Assembly (NCBI GenBank): GCA_964633425.1
Contig: CAZWFX010000001.1
Span: 74,687 to 138,686, forward strand
DNA length: 64,000 nucleotides
Source of the DNA: an uncultured Candidatus Saccharibacteria bacterium
GTDB taxonomy: Bacteria > Patescibacteriota > Minisyncoccia > Phycocordibacterales > UBA2100
Direction of reading: 5' to 3'
The position numbers and the translations under genes are program-made. This document shows, piece after piece, positions 27,301 through 35,761 of the stretch. Within the stretch, counting starts at the first letter, position 1. Each line of letters begins with the position of its first letter. Below the pieces are notes generated by a model. That model ran no database searches. It was not told the DNA's origin and worked only from the letters and a program-made list of their open reading frames with translations.

Positions 27301-28538
27301 CGGAGGTACTGACCCCATCTGGGTGGGTTTCCCTTAAGGACATCACAACAGAGGATGAGGTTTTGTCTATTACCAGAAACGGCGTCGCTTATTTTGAAAA
27401 ACCGTATCGGGTGATCCATCAAACATATTCTGGACCTATGATTTCAATTCATAAAAATCATTTAAAGTTCAGCTCAACTAAGGGACACGCCCATTCCGTA
27501 ATAAGTCAATTTAACTGGAGGGTAAAGAAGAGATGGATTTTTGATAAAAAGACGTTCGATGAACTCCCGGCTGAGTCTTATTGGGCTAACTCGTTCAAAG
27601 AAATTGCTGAAGGTCCGGGTCTGTTTGAGGGAGGACAAGACGAGGCCTGGGTTGCTGGGTTTTGGGTTGCCGAGGGATGCTTTGATCGGTCCAACCCAAC
27701 TCAAATTCTAATAGATCAAAAAAAAGAAAAACACAAAAAAGAATGTCGTGAGAGGCTTAGCCGTCTCGGGTGGTCATATTTTGAAAAGACAAGAGCACAA
27801 GATCGGCTTATGACTAGGTTTTGTATTAATAGTCAAAGAGATCGAATAGTTAAATGGAAAGAGTGGTTTAATCATGGAGCCAAGAATAAAAAACTCAATC
27901 CGGGTATTGTTTTACAAATGACAAAAACGGAACGTCGCTCGTTTTTTGATGGATATATGGCAGGAGACGGCTCTACGACCCAAAGTCTTTGGCATTTTGA
28001 TTCTATTTCCAGAGATCTTATTGATGGAATCCAATTTTTAGCGTTGTGCCTTGGATATGGATGTCGTGTAGTTACCTATGACTGTATGAGAGAAGATCGT
28101 CCTTCTACCCTTAAGGGTAAGATGCATCGATCATGGAGAGGACATGTTTTAAGATCTAGACCTGTTTGTCATATCAAAAAGAGTAGTTTTTTTGAATGGA
28201 CGGCTAAAGACATTGAGGTTCACTGTGTTTCCGTATCCACTGGGATCTTTTTGGCTAGAACCGCAGGAGATGTCTTCGTGGCCGGAAACTGTGACGCATT
28301 GCGTTATATGGTTTACAACATCACTCCGGTAAGGGCCACAACCGGCAACCGAGGAGGCCGACCTACCAACGAAGAGGTGGCCTCTAGGCCCAAAACCCTG
28401 TCAGAGCAATTTTGGGATACCATGAAATCAGAAGGCGAGCCTCTTTTTGGCCTAGATATGTCAGAAAGGCCGGATCCTTATGACACAGACCCGTCGTCCG
28501 GAAGGCCGTCGCCGAAGATCCGTAAGAGGTTCTTTTAG
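24363..28538 (+). CDS. terL: Terminase large subunit with two inteins
   Basis: ANRFGAKT Walker A, FF|CMDE Walker B, GIDFG nuclease motif, DQ|CDALRY; lies upstream of the portal. Confidence 0.9.
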   Translation: MTPEEKQQLERQLLFTPCKTKEELGDWIDHMLGYRLPDCIVDADSNSSPLDLVWEIYHEALYVNNPNFEKILAYANRFGAKTLGASALELLMVFHDQRDVVHLAAIEEQSTDCLNYVKKALRNPVMAPFEVQGDKRAITIQVFKKDGKYYSPKEYEKIPDVEKFGFQEYFNKIEVIVATPKSLNGKHGAFFCIDENTPLLIADKTRSRKSRSAKFVFNTIAGLPVTGRRGRLPIEDLDISNPQKDIELLTFNFSTGSLEPKKILRGHRKRAQTINIVAGKRSLICTLDHPIFVFGKGFTEAGAVSLGDKILAIGKGGWGNRQFLSKEIQNKDSIIRDPGDLFEQVVLGSLLGDGSCLKHTRSKNAYFSERHCIEQAEYLNWKRQIIGQQVKTSECKNIASGYTGNPQAGFYTQNSHIFNQWLGFKQNFQNLEKISPIGLAVWYMDDGYAKGFSIASHGFTKNQNERLVEILWNKFQIKARVAREVKKDGRSYWYITGGLDAKKRLVEICRPYIHPQMAFKFDIESHSKQCVACGHKFWPHQQGPSSKTCGQAVCLSVLAGTFEAVSVDRIEPAGERTVYDFTVENNHNFFSGQILSHNCMDETDLLDNESIVQEADGVPTPTKDRRAKHPIVYMTSTRKKAAGRVQKLIDRAEQEDIRVRHWNLIDITKPCPPEKHQPNEPKVSMYVDDNALKAIPEESYEQLNEGDRLKYQKHEMFQGCKSCPLAATCKSRLATHQKSSNSTLLLDHAFTTKKVTKGNIEFIKSQFLCRKPLSTGSIFSRFSRERHLLSAAEIYEKLEQQEAPANFNKQSLVKYLKAHPLAKFYGGIDFGYTHMFVAIVAAKVGLHWFVLDCLMATELETMECVDLCKRSFYHYGAEWYPDPENPQLISTFKKHGFNCIDFSKKKGTVLAGIEAIRAKLNPGPDAEPQMFFLKGDPSIDGEEESLVEAMEKWAWKLSPAGEPTDIPAEKHKDQCFTSDTEVLTPSGWVSLKDITTEDEVLSITRNGVAYFEKPYRVIHQTYSGPMISIHKNHLKFSSTKGHAHSVISQFNWRVKKRWIFDKKTFDELPAESYWANSFKEIAEGPGLFEGGQDEAWVAGFWVAEGCFDRSNPTQILIDQKKEKHKKECRERLSRLGWSYFEKTRAQDRLMTRFCINSQRDRIVKWKEWFNHGAKNKKLNPGIVLQMTKTERRSFFDGYMAGDGSTTQSLWHFDSISRDLIDGIQFLALCLGYGCRVVTYDCMREDRPSTLKGKMHRSWRGHVLRSRPVCHIKKSSFFEWTAKDIEVHCVSVSTGIFLARTAGDVFVAGNCDALRYMVYNITPVRATTGNRGGRPTNEEVASRPKTLSEQFWDTMKSEGEPLFGLDMSERPDPYDTDPSSGRPSPKIRKRFF
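24936..26156 (+). mobile_element. Intein 1 (LAGLIDADG) in terminase Walker B
   Basis: CIDENT start, TLDH block B, GSLLGDG and WYMDDG, ends SHN|C. Confidence 0.92.
27285..28289 (+). mobile_element. Intein 2 (LAGLIDADG) in terminase nuclease domain
   Basis: CFTSDTEVLT start, TKGH block B, GFWVAEG and GYMAGDG, ends AGN|C. Confidence 0.9.
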
Positions 28539-28543
28539 GAGGC

Positions 28544-28550
28544 AATCTTT
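28544..28550 (+). promoter_or_regulatory. AATCTTT late-promoter motif
   Basis: 8 nt before ATG 28559; recurs before structural genes. Confidence 0.6.
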
Positions 28551-28558
28551 AAGTCCAA

Positions 28559-29539
28559 ATGGCTCAATTTAGGTATTTTTCTGGCTTGTCTATGTATTCG
28601 GATGCTAGCCCTAGCTCCAATCCTGACAAAAATAACATGGCGTGGAGCGTCACTCGTTCCTTAACCATGAACAACCCTGGGAATCAGTTTTACGACCTAG
28701 CCCCAGGAGAGACCCTAAGCGTCTTTAACGGTACCAGGAGCACGTCAATCGGATCTGGTACGGAGTTTGTCCTGGCCTTGTGGCTAGACACCACACTCTA
28801 TCGGATGTCCTGGACGGGCATTGGGGCGGCCCCCGTCTTTAGAACCGACAGAGGTCTCGCTGTTGACGGCGTTTCCTTGGCCCTAACAGCTAACTCTAAC
28901 GGGACGCTTACTGTTGTTGGTCCTGGCGTAACGTTCGCCTCTGTAGTGGCAGGAGACACTGTCTTCCTACCAGGCCCGTCCACTGGAGACTCTGCAACCG
29001 AGTTTTCCACCGAAAATGAGGGTTTTTGGACTGTCTTGTCTGCCTCAAACACCACCCTCCAACTTAAGCGCCCTAATAACGAAACCTTCGTAGGATTGAC
29101 CGAAACTGTTGTCCCAACAGACAACACCCAATTCATCGCGTTTTCTGCCTCTGGAGTCCAAGTAGGCGATACCATTAGGTTATCCGCCGGGTTTTCAGAC
29201 GTAAGCCTAAAGTCATACACGATTTCGGCCGTGGCCCCAGAATGGGTTGAGTTCTACGACAGCTCTTCACTTCCCGTTACAGAGACGGCCATTCCAGGCG
29301 TTGCTGGAGTAACGATTTACACAAAAGCCAAGAATTTCATATACTTAGAGTACGATCAGGAGTGTGTTGCTCAATTAAACGGAGACACTGGTACGACCAA
29401 CAGGCTATCACCAGTAGTGGCGGGTGATGAGGATTGGACTGGAATCACGGTACGATTTGGTCCTTGCTGGTCATTGACGGTAATCAACACAAGCCAAGAA
29501 ACTCTCCACCTATTGGTTGGAGGGGCCGAGAAAGCATAA
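28559..29539 (+). CDS. putative virion structural protein
   Basis: Beta-rich S/T/G-rich 326 aa protein between terL and portal. Confidence 0.65.
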   Translation: MAQFRYFSGLSMYSDASPSSNPDKNNMAWSVTRSLTMNNPGNQFYDLAPGETLSVFNGTRSTSIGSGTEFVLALWLDTTLYRMSWTGIGAAPVFRTDRGLAVDGVSLALTANSNGTLTVVGPGVTFASVVAGDTVFLPGPSTGDSATEFSTENEGFWTVLSASNTTLQLKRPNNETFVGLTETVVPTDNTQFIAFSASGVQVGDTIRLSAGFSDVSLKSYTISAVAPEWVEFYDSSSLPVTETAIPGVAGVTIYTKAKNFIYLEYDQECVAQLNGDTGTTNRLSPVVAGDEDWTGITVRFGPCWSLTVINTSQETLHLLVGGAEKA

Positions 29540-29542
29540 TTC

Positions 29543-31633
29543 ATGTCTGAAGTTAAAGATCCTATCTTACAGTCCTTAGTTGAAAATGAAGATCCGAGGG
29601 TGGATTCAAACGGAGGGCCTTCAAGACTTTACAAGAGCGTTGCGGACACTCTTTCGCTAACGGCGTCTGAGGATGAAAAGGTCCATCGGCTCGCATTTGA
29701 GCGAGATCCGAACAGAATCTACAACAGCTTCATCTACGTTGGCAAGTCAAATCGCGTCTTGGCTGATTCAACGATCAAGAAGATGGTCCTTACGGACGAT
29801 CTCGTCGGGACGATTGTCGGCCGCAGGCAGGATCACCTATCTCGATTTGGTCGAGAGCAGCCCAACCGCTCGTCTCTGGGATTTGTTATCGAAAAGACCC
29901 AGTACATGGCCCAAGAGATCGCCAAGATTAAGGACGATCAAAAACGCCAGCAGGTCCTGGATGAACTCAACGAAAAGATCCAGCGAGTGATCCGCCTCAT
30001 TTCCACTTGCGGAGACCCAAACGCGGCCACTGACAAAATGGACTTTTCTGAGTACCTTGGGTTGATTGCTCGAAATGCTGTAGCCCACGGACGGTGTGCT
30101 ACGGAAATCGTTTACGAGACAGATATCTGGACAGGAACTCAAAAGTTCTCCTACTTCAGACCGACAGACGTCGCGACTATTTTTAAGGCTCGTCCATTTA
30201 GCCGTCAGACTCAGTCTGTTAGAGAGTCGGGCCTAAAGGAGATTGAGCGTCTCCAGGAATGTCAAATCGATCCTCAGAAATGGATTAACGAGGAGTACGC
30301 CTGGATCCAGGTAATGGAGGACGGAACTCCCAAGATGGCCTTTACGGCCAAGGAGATGGTCTGTAAGAACTTCTATCCGGCTCTCGACGTAGAGCTAGAA
30401 GGCTATCCAGTCACTCCAATCGACGTGGCCATTACTTCAATTATAAGCCACATCAGCCTCACTCGCTACAACAAGTTATACTTCGAGTCTGGCAGATCCG
30501 CCAAGGGTATGTTGGTTCTAGAATCTAATTCTATTGACCAAAAGGAAGTGGAAAAAATCCGCCAGGGCTTCCAAGCCATGATCACCGGCAACAACAACGC
30601 CCACCGGATGCCACTTATCAATATCGATAAAGACGACAAACTGATCTTTTCTCCGTTTGAGACTGGCTCAAAAGATATGGAATTTCAATATCTTAGCGAC
30701 ATGACCGCTAGGATTATTTTCAGTGCTTTTGGTATGTCTCCGGATGAAATCACTGGGTGGGCGTATCTTTCCAGAGGTATGTCGAACCAGGGATTGGCGG
30801 AGTCGAACAACTCGTTCAACTTGACGGCGACCAGAGACACGGCGATTCGCTCGTTGCTTGGCAATGTAGAGAACTATCTAAACAGAGAGATTCTACCGTT
30901 ACTAGATCCTCAACTGGCGGACAAGGTGGTGATCCGTCTGGTTGGTCTGGATGCCGAGACTCCAGAAAAAGAGTCTATTCGTCTGCAGCAGGACCTCAAG
31001 ATCCATTACACAATGGACGACGTCCTACGCAAGGTCAACAAGCCGCCCATTGGCAAGTGGATGGGTGGAGAGCTGCCATTTAGTCCGGACTACCAAGCCA
31101 AGCTGGATGCCTATTTTACCGTTGGCGAGATCCTTGAATTCTTTTGCGGAAGAGAAGGGGCCTCCAGGGATCCTCTCTTGGCCTATCGTAGAGATCCTTT
31201 CTGGTTCCAGCACTTGCAGTTCCAGCAGTCTGAAAGACAAATGCAGCAGCAGGAACAGATGATGCAGCAGGAATCGCAGCAGCAACAGGGAGGCGGAACC
31301 GACGGGGACTCTGGCAAGGATACTCCTTCTCAGAAAGATCCGCAGCAAGGACAGATGACCGAACAGGATCAGGCTAGGGGCGGGAACGATCCGCAAAACC
31401 TACCCAAAAACCCAGATCCAGCCAAGTCCAATAAGGGATTTGAGCGTAAAATGGCCGATCTTAATGCCAGCATCGGAGAGGCTTTAACAGAAATCTCCAA
31501 GTCTGAGTATACCAGATCGGACCAGATGGCCCAAAAACAAAATTCAGTAGTACGAAATCTAGTAAAAGATCTTAACAAAGAAGCCTCCAGGGCTCTTGAA
31601 GATATGATGAGGTTGCTTAGACCTCTTAAGTAG
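29543..31633 (+). CDS. Portal protein
   Basis: YFESGRSAKGML, N.HRMP, KDMEF, IFSAFGMSPDEITG portal motifs; Gln-rich C-terminal insert. Confidence 0.88.
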   Translation: MSEVKDPILQSLVENEDPRVDSNGGPSRLYKSVADTLSLTASEDEKVHRLAFERDPNRIYNSFIYVGKSNRVLADSTIKKMVLTDDLVGTIVGRRQDHLSRFGREQPNRSSLGFVIEKTQYMAQEIAKIKDDQKRQQVLDELNEKIQRVIRLISTCGDPNAATDKMDFSEYLGLIARNAVAHGRCATEIVYETDIWTGTQKFSYFRPTDVATIFKARPFSRQTQSVRESGLKEIERLQECQIDPQKWINEEYAWIQVMEDGTPKMAFTAKEMVCKNFYPALDVELEGYPVTPIDVAITSIISHISLTRYNKLYFESGRSAKGMLVLESNSIDQKEVEKIRQGFQAMITGNNNAHRMPLINIDKDDKLIFSPFETGSKDMEFQYLSDMTARIIFSAFGMSPDEITGWAYLSRGMSNQGLAESNNSFNLTATRDTAIRSLLGNVENYLNREILPLLDPQLADKVVIRLVGLDAETPEKESIRLQQDLKIHYTMDDVLRKVNKPPIGKWMGGELPFSPDYQAKLDAYFTVGEILEFFCGREGASRDPLLAYRRDPFWFQHLQFQQSERQMQQQEQMMQQESQQQQGGGTDGDSGKDTPSQKDPQQGQMTEQDQARGGNDPQNLPKNPDPAKSNKGFERKMADLNASIGEALTEISKSEYTRSDQMAQKQNSVVRNLVKDLNKEASRALEDMMRLLRPLK

Positions 31634-31635
31634 CT

Positions 31636-32310
31636 ATGATCACTAAGAAAATCGCTAAAGCCATTGGCTCTATAATTGATAGGGCCCTATTGACCATCAC
31701 AAACAACCTTTTGGATGGCATTGAGGAGGTGTATCGGTGGTCTGCGGTATTGGCCGGAGCGTCTTCGGCTGACAGGGAGGCCCTGGCGGACCTTTCTCGT
31801 GTTTCTGAGATGTACATGGTCGCAGAGACGGCAAGGGCCAAGGCGACCGCCATGAAAGCGGTTTCAGACGCCATCAAGAACGAGACGTCGGTTGAAGAGG
31901 CCTTGGGACAGGCAATGGAGAAGGCCAAGGCCAACCTGACCAGAATCATTGAAAATGAGGTTAGTGTGGCCAAAAACCTTGGGGCGCTTGAGGGGATAGT
32001 TGAGAAAAGCCCTTCAGACGATCCTGTGATGTTTTGGATTTGCCAACACGATCACAAACTTTGCGAAGAATGCAAAGAACTTCACCTTTTACCAGACGGA
32101 TACACCCCCAGGGTCTGGAAGGTGTCTGAGGTAGAACACGGATATCACAAAAAGGGAGACCCAAGCCCCAAGTTTGGCGGTTTGCACCCAAACGAGAGAT
32201 GCGCTCCAGCCAGCGTTCTACCGGGATGGGGGTTTGATCGTGGCCAGCTGAGATGGATTTCCGACGGTCACGACGAGTGGGCCACACAAAGAAAACTAGA
32301 CAAGAAATAA
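31636..32310 (+). CDS. Head morphogenesis protein (Mu gpF/SPP1 gp7-like)
   Basis: RIIENE, D..LCEEC, LHPNERC; follows the portal. Confidence 0.7.
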   Translation: MITKKIAKAIGSIIDRALLTITNNLLDGIEEVYRWSAVLAGASSADREALADLSRVSEMYMVAETARAKATAMKAVSDAIKNETSVEEALGQAMEKAKANLTRIIENEVSVAKNLGALEGIVEKSPSDDPVMFWICQHDHKLCEECKELHLLPDGYTPRVWKVSEVEHGYHKKGDPSPKFGGLHPNERCAPASVLPGWGFDRGQLRWISDGHDEWATQRKLDKK

Positions 32311-32315
32311 TCTTT
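32309..32315 (+). promoter_or_regulatory. AATCTTT late-promoter motif
   Basis: 11 nt before ATG 32327. Confidence 0.55.
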
Positions 32316-32326
32316 GTAGGTAACAC

Positions 32327-32695
32327 ATGCACTCTTATATTTACGCCCATCCATTTAGGACGACCGCAACGGGCAGCGGAACCGCGGCAGGGACTATTAC
32401 CCTAACCGACGTCCAGGGCATTTATGTTGGCCAGGTTGGCTGGCTCAAGTCCGCTGCGGCGGGCCCGTCAAGAGTCAAGGTGCTGAAAATTAACACCACC
32501 TCCAAGACCGTAACCCTGCAAATTCTGCCAAATGAGATGAGTCAGACCTCCAGCGGACAGTTTACTTACCCAACCGTAAACTACAACCCGTCGGATATTA
32601 GCGGCTTCTTGCTTGCCAATAGCCCTGTAATTTCGTTTCCTGGACAAGTCGTTCAGGTTTACCTTTCGTTTTCTAAGCCAGGCGCAGTTGTCTAG
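32327..32695 (+). CDS. putative virion protein
   Basis: 122 aa beta-rich ORF with late motif. Confidence 0.65.
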   Translation: MHSYIYAHPFRTTATGSGTAAGTITLTDVQGIYVGQVGWLKSAAAGPSRVKVLKINTTSKTVTLQILPNEMSQTSSGQFTYPTVNYNPSDISGFLLANSPVISFPGQVVQVYLSFSKPGAVV

Positions 32696-32706
32696 GCTAG
32701 AAACTT

Positions 32707-32713
32707 AATCTTT
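32707..32713 (+). promoter_or_regulatory. AATCTTT late-promoter motif
   Basis: Followed by AGGAG and ATG 32738. Confidence 0.55.
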
Positions 32714-32737
32714 ACCACTAGGAGATTTTGAGATAAA

Positions 32738-33496
32738 ATGTCGGTTACTTTGAAGCAGTTCGGAGAAGAGTTTAAGATTCAGCGCCTGGATCGTAAGTTT
32801 GGCGGCACTACCGCTGACGTACTTACGGTTGACGGAGACGGCGTCCTGACTGCCGGAGATCTTTCGGTAGACGCTGATGGCGTTGTTACGATTGCGGGAA
32901 CGGCCGTTCTTTCTGGCACGGTTTCTGACAACCTGTCGATGGCGTCTGGCAAGGACATTACCTTTGCTGGCGGCGCGTCGGACCTGGACATGTCGCTGTC
33001 GTCCGGTGCATTTCAGACTCCAACTGGTCAGACCACACTGAACGGTGCCGTGTCGCTTGCCTCGGGCAAGGATATCGTGTTCGCTGGCGGCGCGTCGGAC
33101 CTGGACATGTCGCTGTCGAGCGGCATCCTAAAGGGCCCGACTGGCCTGACAACCTTTGCCGGCAAGATCGCTGCTACGGCATCGGCGTGGGCCATTACGG
33201 ACCCAGGTAACGCCGGAGCCATTCCGGTGACCTCATCGGGAGTGTGTGCAATGACCTCGGCTGGAGCCGAGACACGCACCCTGGCGATTCCGACCTTCGT
33301 TGGTCAGCAGCTCACCCTTATCTGCGACACCTATGTAGGCAATATCGTGGTTACTTCCGCTCAGGCGATCAACCAGGCGGGAAATACCACAATGACCTTT
33401 GGTGCGGCGGCTGACTACATCAAGCTTGAGGCAGCTACGGTTGGTGGTGCTCTCAGGTGGCGTGTAGCGGCAAACGACGGAACTGCCCTATCGTAA
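32738..33496 (+). CDS. putative virion fibre or decoration protein with internal repeat
   Basis: G/A/T-rich; duplicated ASGKDI.FAGGASDLDMSLSSG unit. Confidence 0.7.
   Translation: MSVTLKQFGEEFKIQRLDRKFGGTTADVLTVDGDGVLTAGDLSVDADGVVTIAGTAVLSGTVSDNLSMASGKDITFAGGASDLDMSLSSGAFQTPTGQTTLNGAVSLASGKDIVFAGGASDLDMSLSSGILKGPTGLTTFAGKIAATASAWAITDPGNAGAIPVTSSGVCAMTSAGAETRTLAIPTFVGQQLTLICDTYVGNIVVTSAQAINQAGNTTMTFGAAADYIKLEAATVGGALRWRVAANDGTALS
32966..33118 (+). repeat. 36-bp exact direct repeat, period 117 nt
   Basis: GCTGGCGGCGCGTCGGACCTGGACATGTCGCTGTCG at 32966-33001 and 33083-33118. Confidence 0.85.
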
Positions 33497-33507
33497 TTTT
33501 TAATCAC

Positions 33508-33537
33508 GCTGGCAGTTCTCAACCGAGGGCTGCCAGC
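33508..33537. terminator. Strong hairpin between convergent genes
   Basis: GCTGGCAG-TTCTC-AACC-GAGGG-CTGCCAGC; no clear U-tract. Confidence 0.4.
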
Positions 33538-33761
33538 ATTCCCGCTATCTGGTGCGCTGAACACAGCTTCACCATCATAAATCTCCTTCCAATCCACTTG
33601 TAGTCGTCTACTTCCAGTACCCACTCATCACCCACTTTCCAGACAGTGGAGACTACCTGGTGGCTTCGCCACAGCCATTCCTGGGCCTGTTGGGCAACCC
33701 TGTGATCGATTACTGGCAGCGTGCTCACAGAGCCGGCTGTGGGGATGTCTGACAACTTCAC
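33519..33761 (-). CDS. hypothetical protein (counter-oriented)
   Basis: GGAGG SD before GTG; TTGACA on the minus strand at 33811-33806. Confidence 0.6.
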   Translation of the reverse strand: MKLSDIPTAGSVSTLPVIDHRVAQQAQEWLWRSHQVVSTVWKVGDEWVLEVDDYKWIGRRFMMVKLCSAHQIAGMLAALG

Positions 33762-33826
33762 TAACTTAGACCTCCATTTTTAGATTGCATCCAGAAAGAT
33801 GTGGTTGTCAAGTCCTAAATAGCCCC

Positions 33827-33855
33827 TTGACGAAAACGCCTTCATGGACTAGGTT
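33827..33855 (+). promoter_or_regulatory. sigma70-type promoter TTGACG-17-TAGGTT
   Basis: -10 ends 6 nt before ATG 33862. Confidence 0.55.
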
Positions 33856-33861
33856 TGCCAA

Positions 33862-34257
33862 ATGGAACTCATTTTAAGGTCTTTGTTAGCATTCTTAGCA
33901 TCATTTCATCTGGAGTTTGGGCTGGCCTATACCTTCAGCGCCTCTGAAGGGCCGCCTTCCAATCCCAATCCCAATGCAGCCTGCCTGGGGAGGGACCTCC
34001 GAGATGACTCTGACTTTGCTGTTGCCCACAGATCCCTGCCATGCAGATCCAAGATCCGCATTTTTAACCTTGACAACGGACGTCATGTTACGGCTATAGT
34101 GGCAGACAGAGGCCCTTACGGCAAGACCAGGAACGGGAAGTACCGAGCCGTCCTGGACATGGCACCCCTGGTAAACAGGGCCCTTAAGGCCAAGGGGCAG
34201 GCCAATGTCATGATCTTGTTCGTAAAATCAGACAATAAACAGGAATCGGCTAAATGA
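33862..34257 (+). CDS. RlpA-like double-psi beta-barrel (lytic transglycosylase) protein
   Basis: AHRSLPC.S.IRI.NL.NGR.V...V.DRGP...LDM; hydrophobic N-terminus. Confidence 0.8.
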   Translation: MELILRSLLAFLASFHLEFGLAYTFSASEGPPSNPNPNAACLGRDLRDDSDFAVAHRSLPCRSKIRIFNLDNGRHVTAIVADRGPYGKTRNGKYRAVLDMAPLVNRALKAKGQANVMILFVKSDNKQESAK

Positions 34258-34847
34258 ACAACCCCAACGACAAATCCACACAAGATCCAGCACAAGATCC
34301 AGCCAAAGATCCGTCAAATTCAAAACCACAAACAGGATATCTCCTCGCTCCACTTCCGACTCAGGTATTTGGAGCACCGGCCATGACACCGACATATACA
34401 ATGCCCGGAGCTTATATCCCTGCTGGACCGATTATCTTCGCTCCTACGTTTAAACGTCAGACGGTCCTTTCAATGAACCTTGACGACAAGGGCAACCTCA
34501 AATACCCCCTCCAAAAGGGAGACTATGTCGCCAACGTGGCGTACCCAGGGGTGAAATTCGTGATCAAGGACATGATCCCATCTAGGACGTCCCAGTACGG
34601 AGGATATGAGGTTCGCGTAGAGTACGTGGAAGGATCGGACTCGGTAATGAAGACCTGGGACCCCTATCTCTGGGACCCTGCCTCAGATTTCTATCCCTAT
34701 GATCTGGCAGTTCAGTTTTGGCCAAACAAATACACACCCAAAACAGATAATCGTTATCCACACAAATGCACGTTTTGCGGAGGGCCTGCCTATATCGGCT
34801 TTAGCTCACTCGACTGCAAAAATAAGTGTAATGGGAAGAAACGTTAG
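34254..34847 (+). CDS. hypothetical protein with C-terminal Cys cluster
   Basis: 197 aa, ATGA overlap, CTFCGGPAY...C..KC. Confidence 0.7.
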   Translation: MNNPNDKSTQDPAQDPAKDPSNSKPQTGYLLAPLPTQVFGAPAMTPTYTMPGAYIPAGPIIFAPTFKRQTVLSMNLDDKGNLKYPLQKGDYVANVAYPGVKFVIKDMIPSRTSQYGGYEVRVEYVEGSDSVMKTWDPYLWDPASDFYPYDLAVQFWPNKYTPKTDNRYPHKCTFCGGPAYIGFSSLDCKNKCNGKKR

Positions 34848-35206
34848 TGACCAGAAAAGCGATCGTAGAGGTGCTTGGCTAGATACCCAAAAGATGTCCC
34901 GAATATGGTGCCAAGTAGACCATAAATGGTCTGTTTGAACTTGGCCATCTTGACTTCCTTTGCGGCGATTAGATCTAGGGATTTTTCGTGAGATTGGACC
35001 TTTTGCGATAGGTCCTCGACAGAGCTTTTGACGGATTTGATTTCGTCAGAGAGACGGACACTGCCTTCGCTGACTTGAAGGCTAATATACTTTAAGGCCG
35101 TTGATGTCTCGGCCAATGACGACTTGATTTCAGATCTTTCTGACTCCAGGTCTGTAAGCCTGTTGTCGAGATATCCATAACTATCGGCAAAGGTCTTTGG
35201 GCCCAT
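34844..35206 (-). CDS. coiled-coil protein with C-terminal TM helix (XhlA/holin-like)
   Basis: Heptads followed by IYGLLGTIFGTSFGYLA; AATCTTT motif at 35226-35220. Confidence 0.55.
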   Translation of the reverse strand: MGPKTFADSYGYLDNRLTDLESERSEIKSSLAETSTALKYISLQVSEGSVRLSDEIKSVKSSVEDLSQKVQSHEKSLDLIAAKEVKMAKFKQTIYGLLGTIFGTSFGYLAKHLYDRFSGH

Positions 35207-35231
35207 CTCTTGTTACCTAAAAGATTACCAC

Positions 35232-35687
35232 TCACAAGCCCAATTCCCTCAGCGCCTCCAAGGCGTCGTCGAGTGTCGAGTGGGGCCTCTCATACTGCGT
35301 CCCCCACGAAGGATCTTGGTGGTCTGGATCCGCGTGCCCCTGGTGGCCCAAAACAGCGTGGAGTAGCTCGTGGGCTAGACTGGTGCCGCTAAATTGCCTG
35401 GTCCCAGGCTCCCAAGCCACCTGGCCAACATACAGATCAGGCCAAAAAACTCCAGAAGCACATAGATCCATCAGCGGCCCCTTCATGTTGTACCTTAGAT
35501 AAAATCCTGTCCCGTAGGAACAGTTTAGATTTTGGCTAAAAACCCAAAGGATTTCAGGGGGTTCCGTCGTTTGTTTGTAAACACCATTCCAAACCACTGC
35601 GATAGCCAGGTCTTGGTTTGGAAGTTTTAGGGGTTTTGCGGAGCAACCGATGAGAAGGGCGGCGATCAGGGCGATTACGTACTTCAA
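35232..35687 (-). CDS. lipoprotein with HExxH zinc-peptidase motif
   Basis: Lipobox LIGC; AHELLH..L.H; minus-strand promoter TTGACT-18-TAAGCT (35744-35715). Confidence 0.7.
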   Translation of the reverse strand: MKYVIALIAALLIGCSAKPLKLPNQDLAIAVVWNGVYKQTTEPPEILWVFSQNLNCSYGTGFYLRYNMKGPLMDLCASGVFWPDLYVGQVAWEPGTRQFSGTSLAHELLHAVLGHQGHADPDHQDPSWGTQYERPHSTLDDALEALRELGL

Positions 35688-35745
35688 GGCTCACCTCCAT
35701 CTTACTATAGATAAAGCTTAATGGCCGGTGGGCCAAAAAGTCAAG

Positions 35746-35753
35746 GGCTATAT
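35746..35753 (+). promoter_or_regulatory. GGCTATAT motif
   Basis: Exact motif 8 nt before GTG 35762. Confidence 0.5.
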
Positions 35754-35761
35754 TTGGTAAG

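Noticed and set aside
31225-31440. CAG-rich stretch as a separate repeat element
   Set aside because: It is in-frame low-complexity Gln-rich sequence within the portal C-terminus
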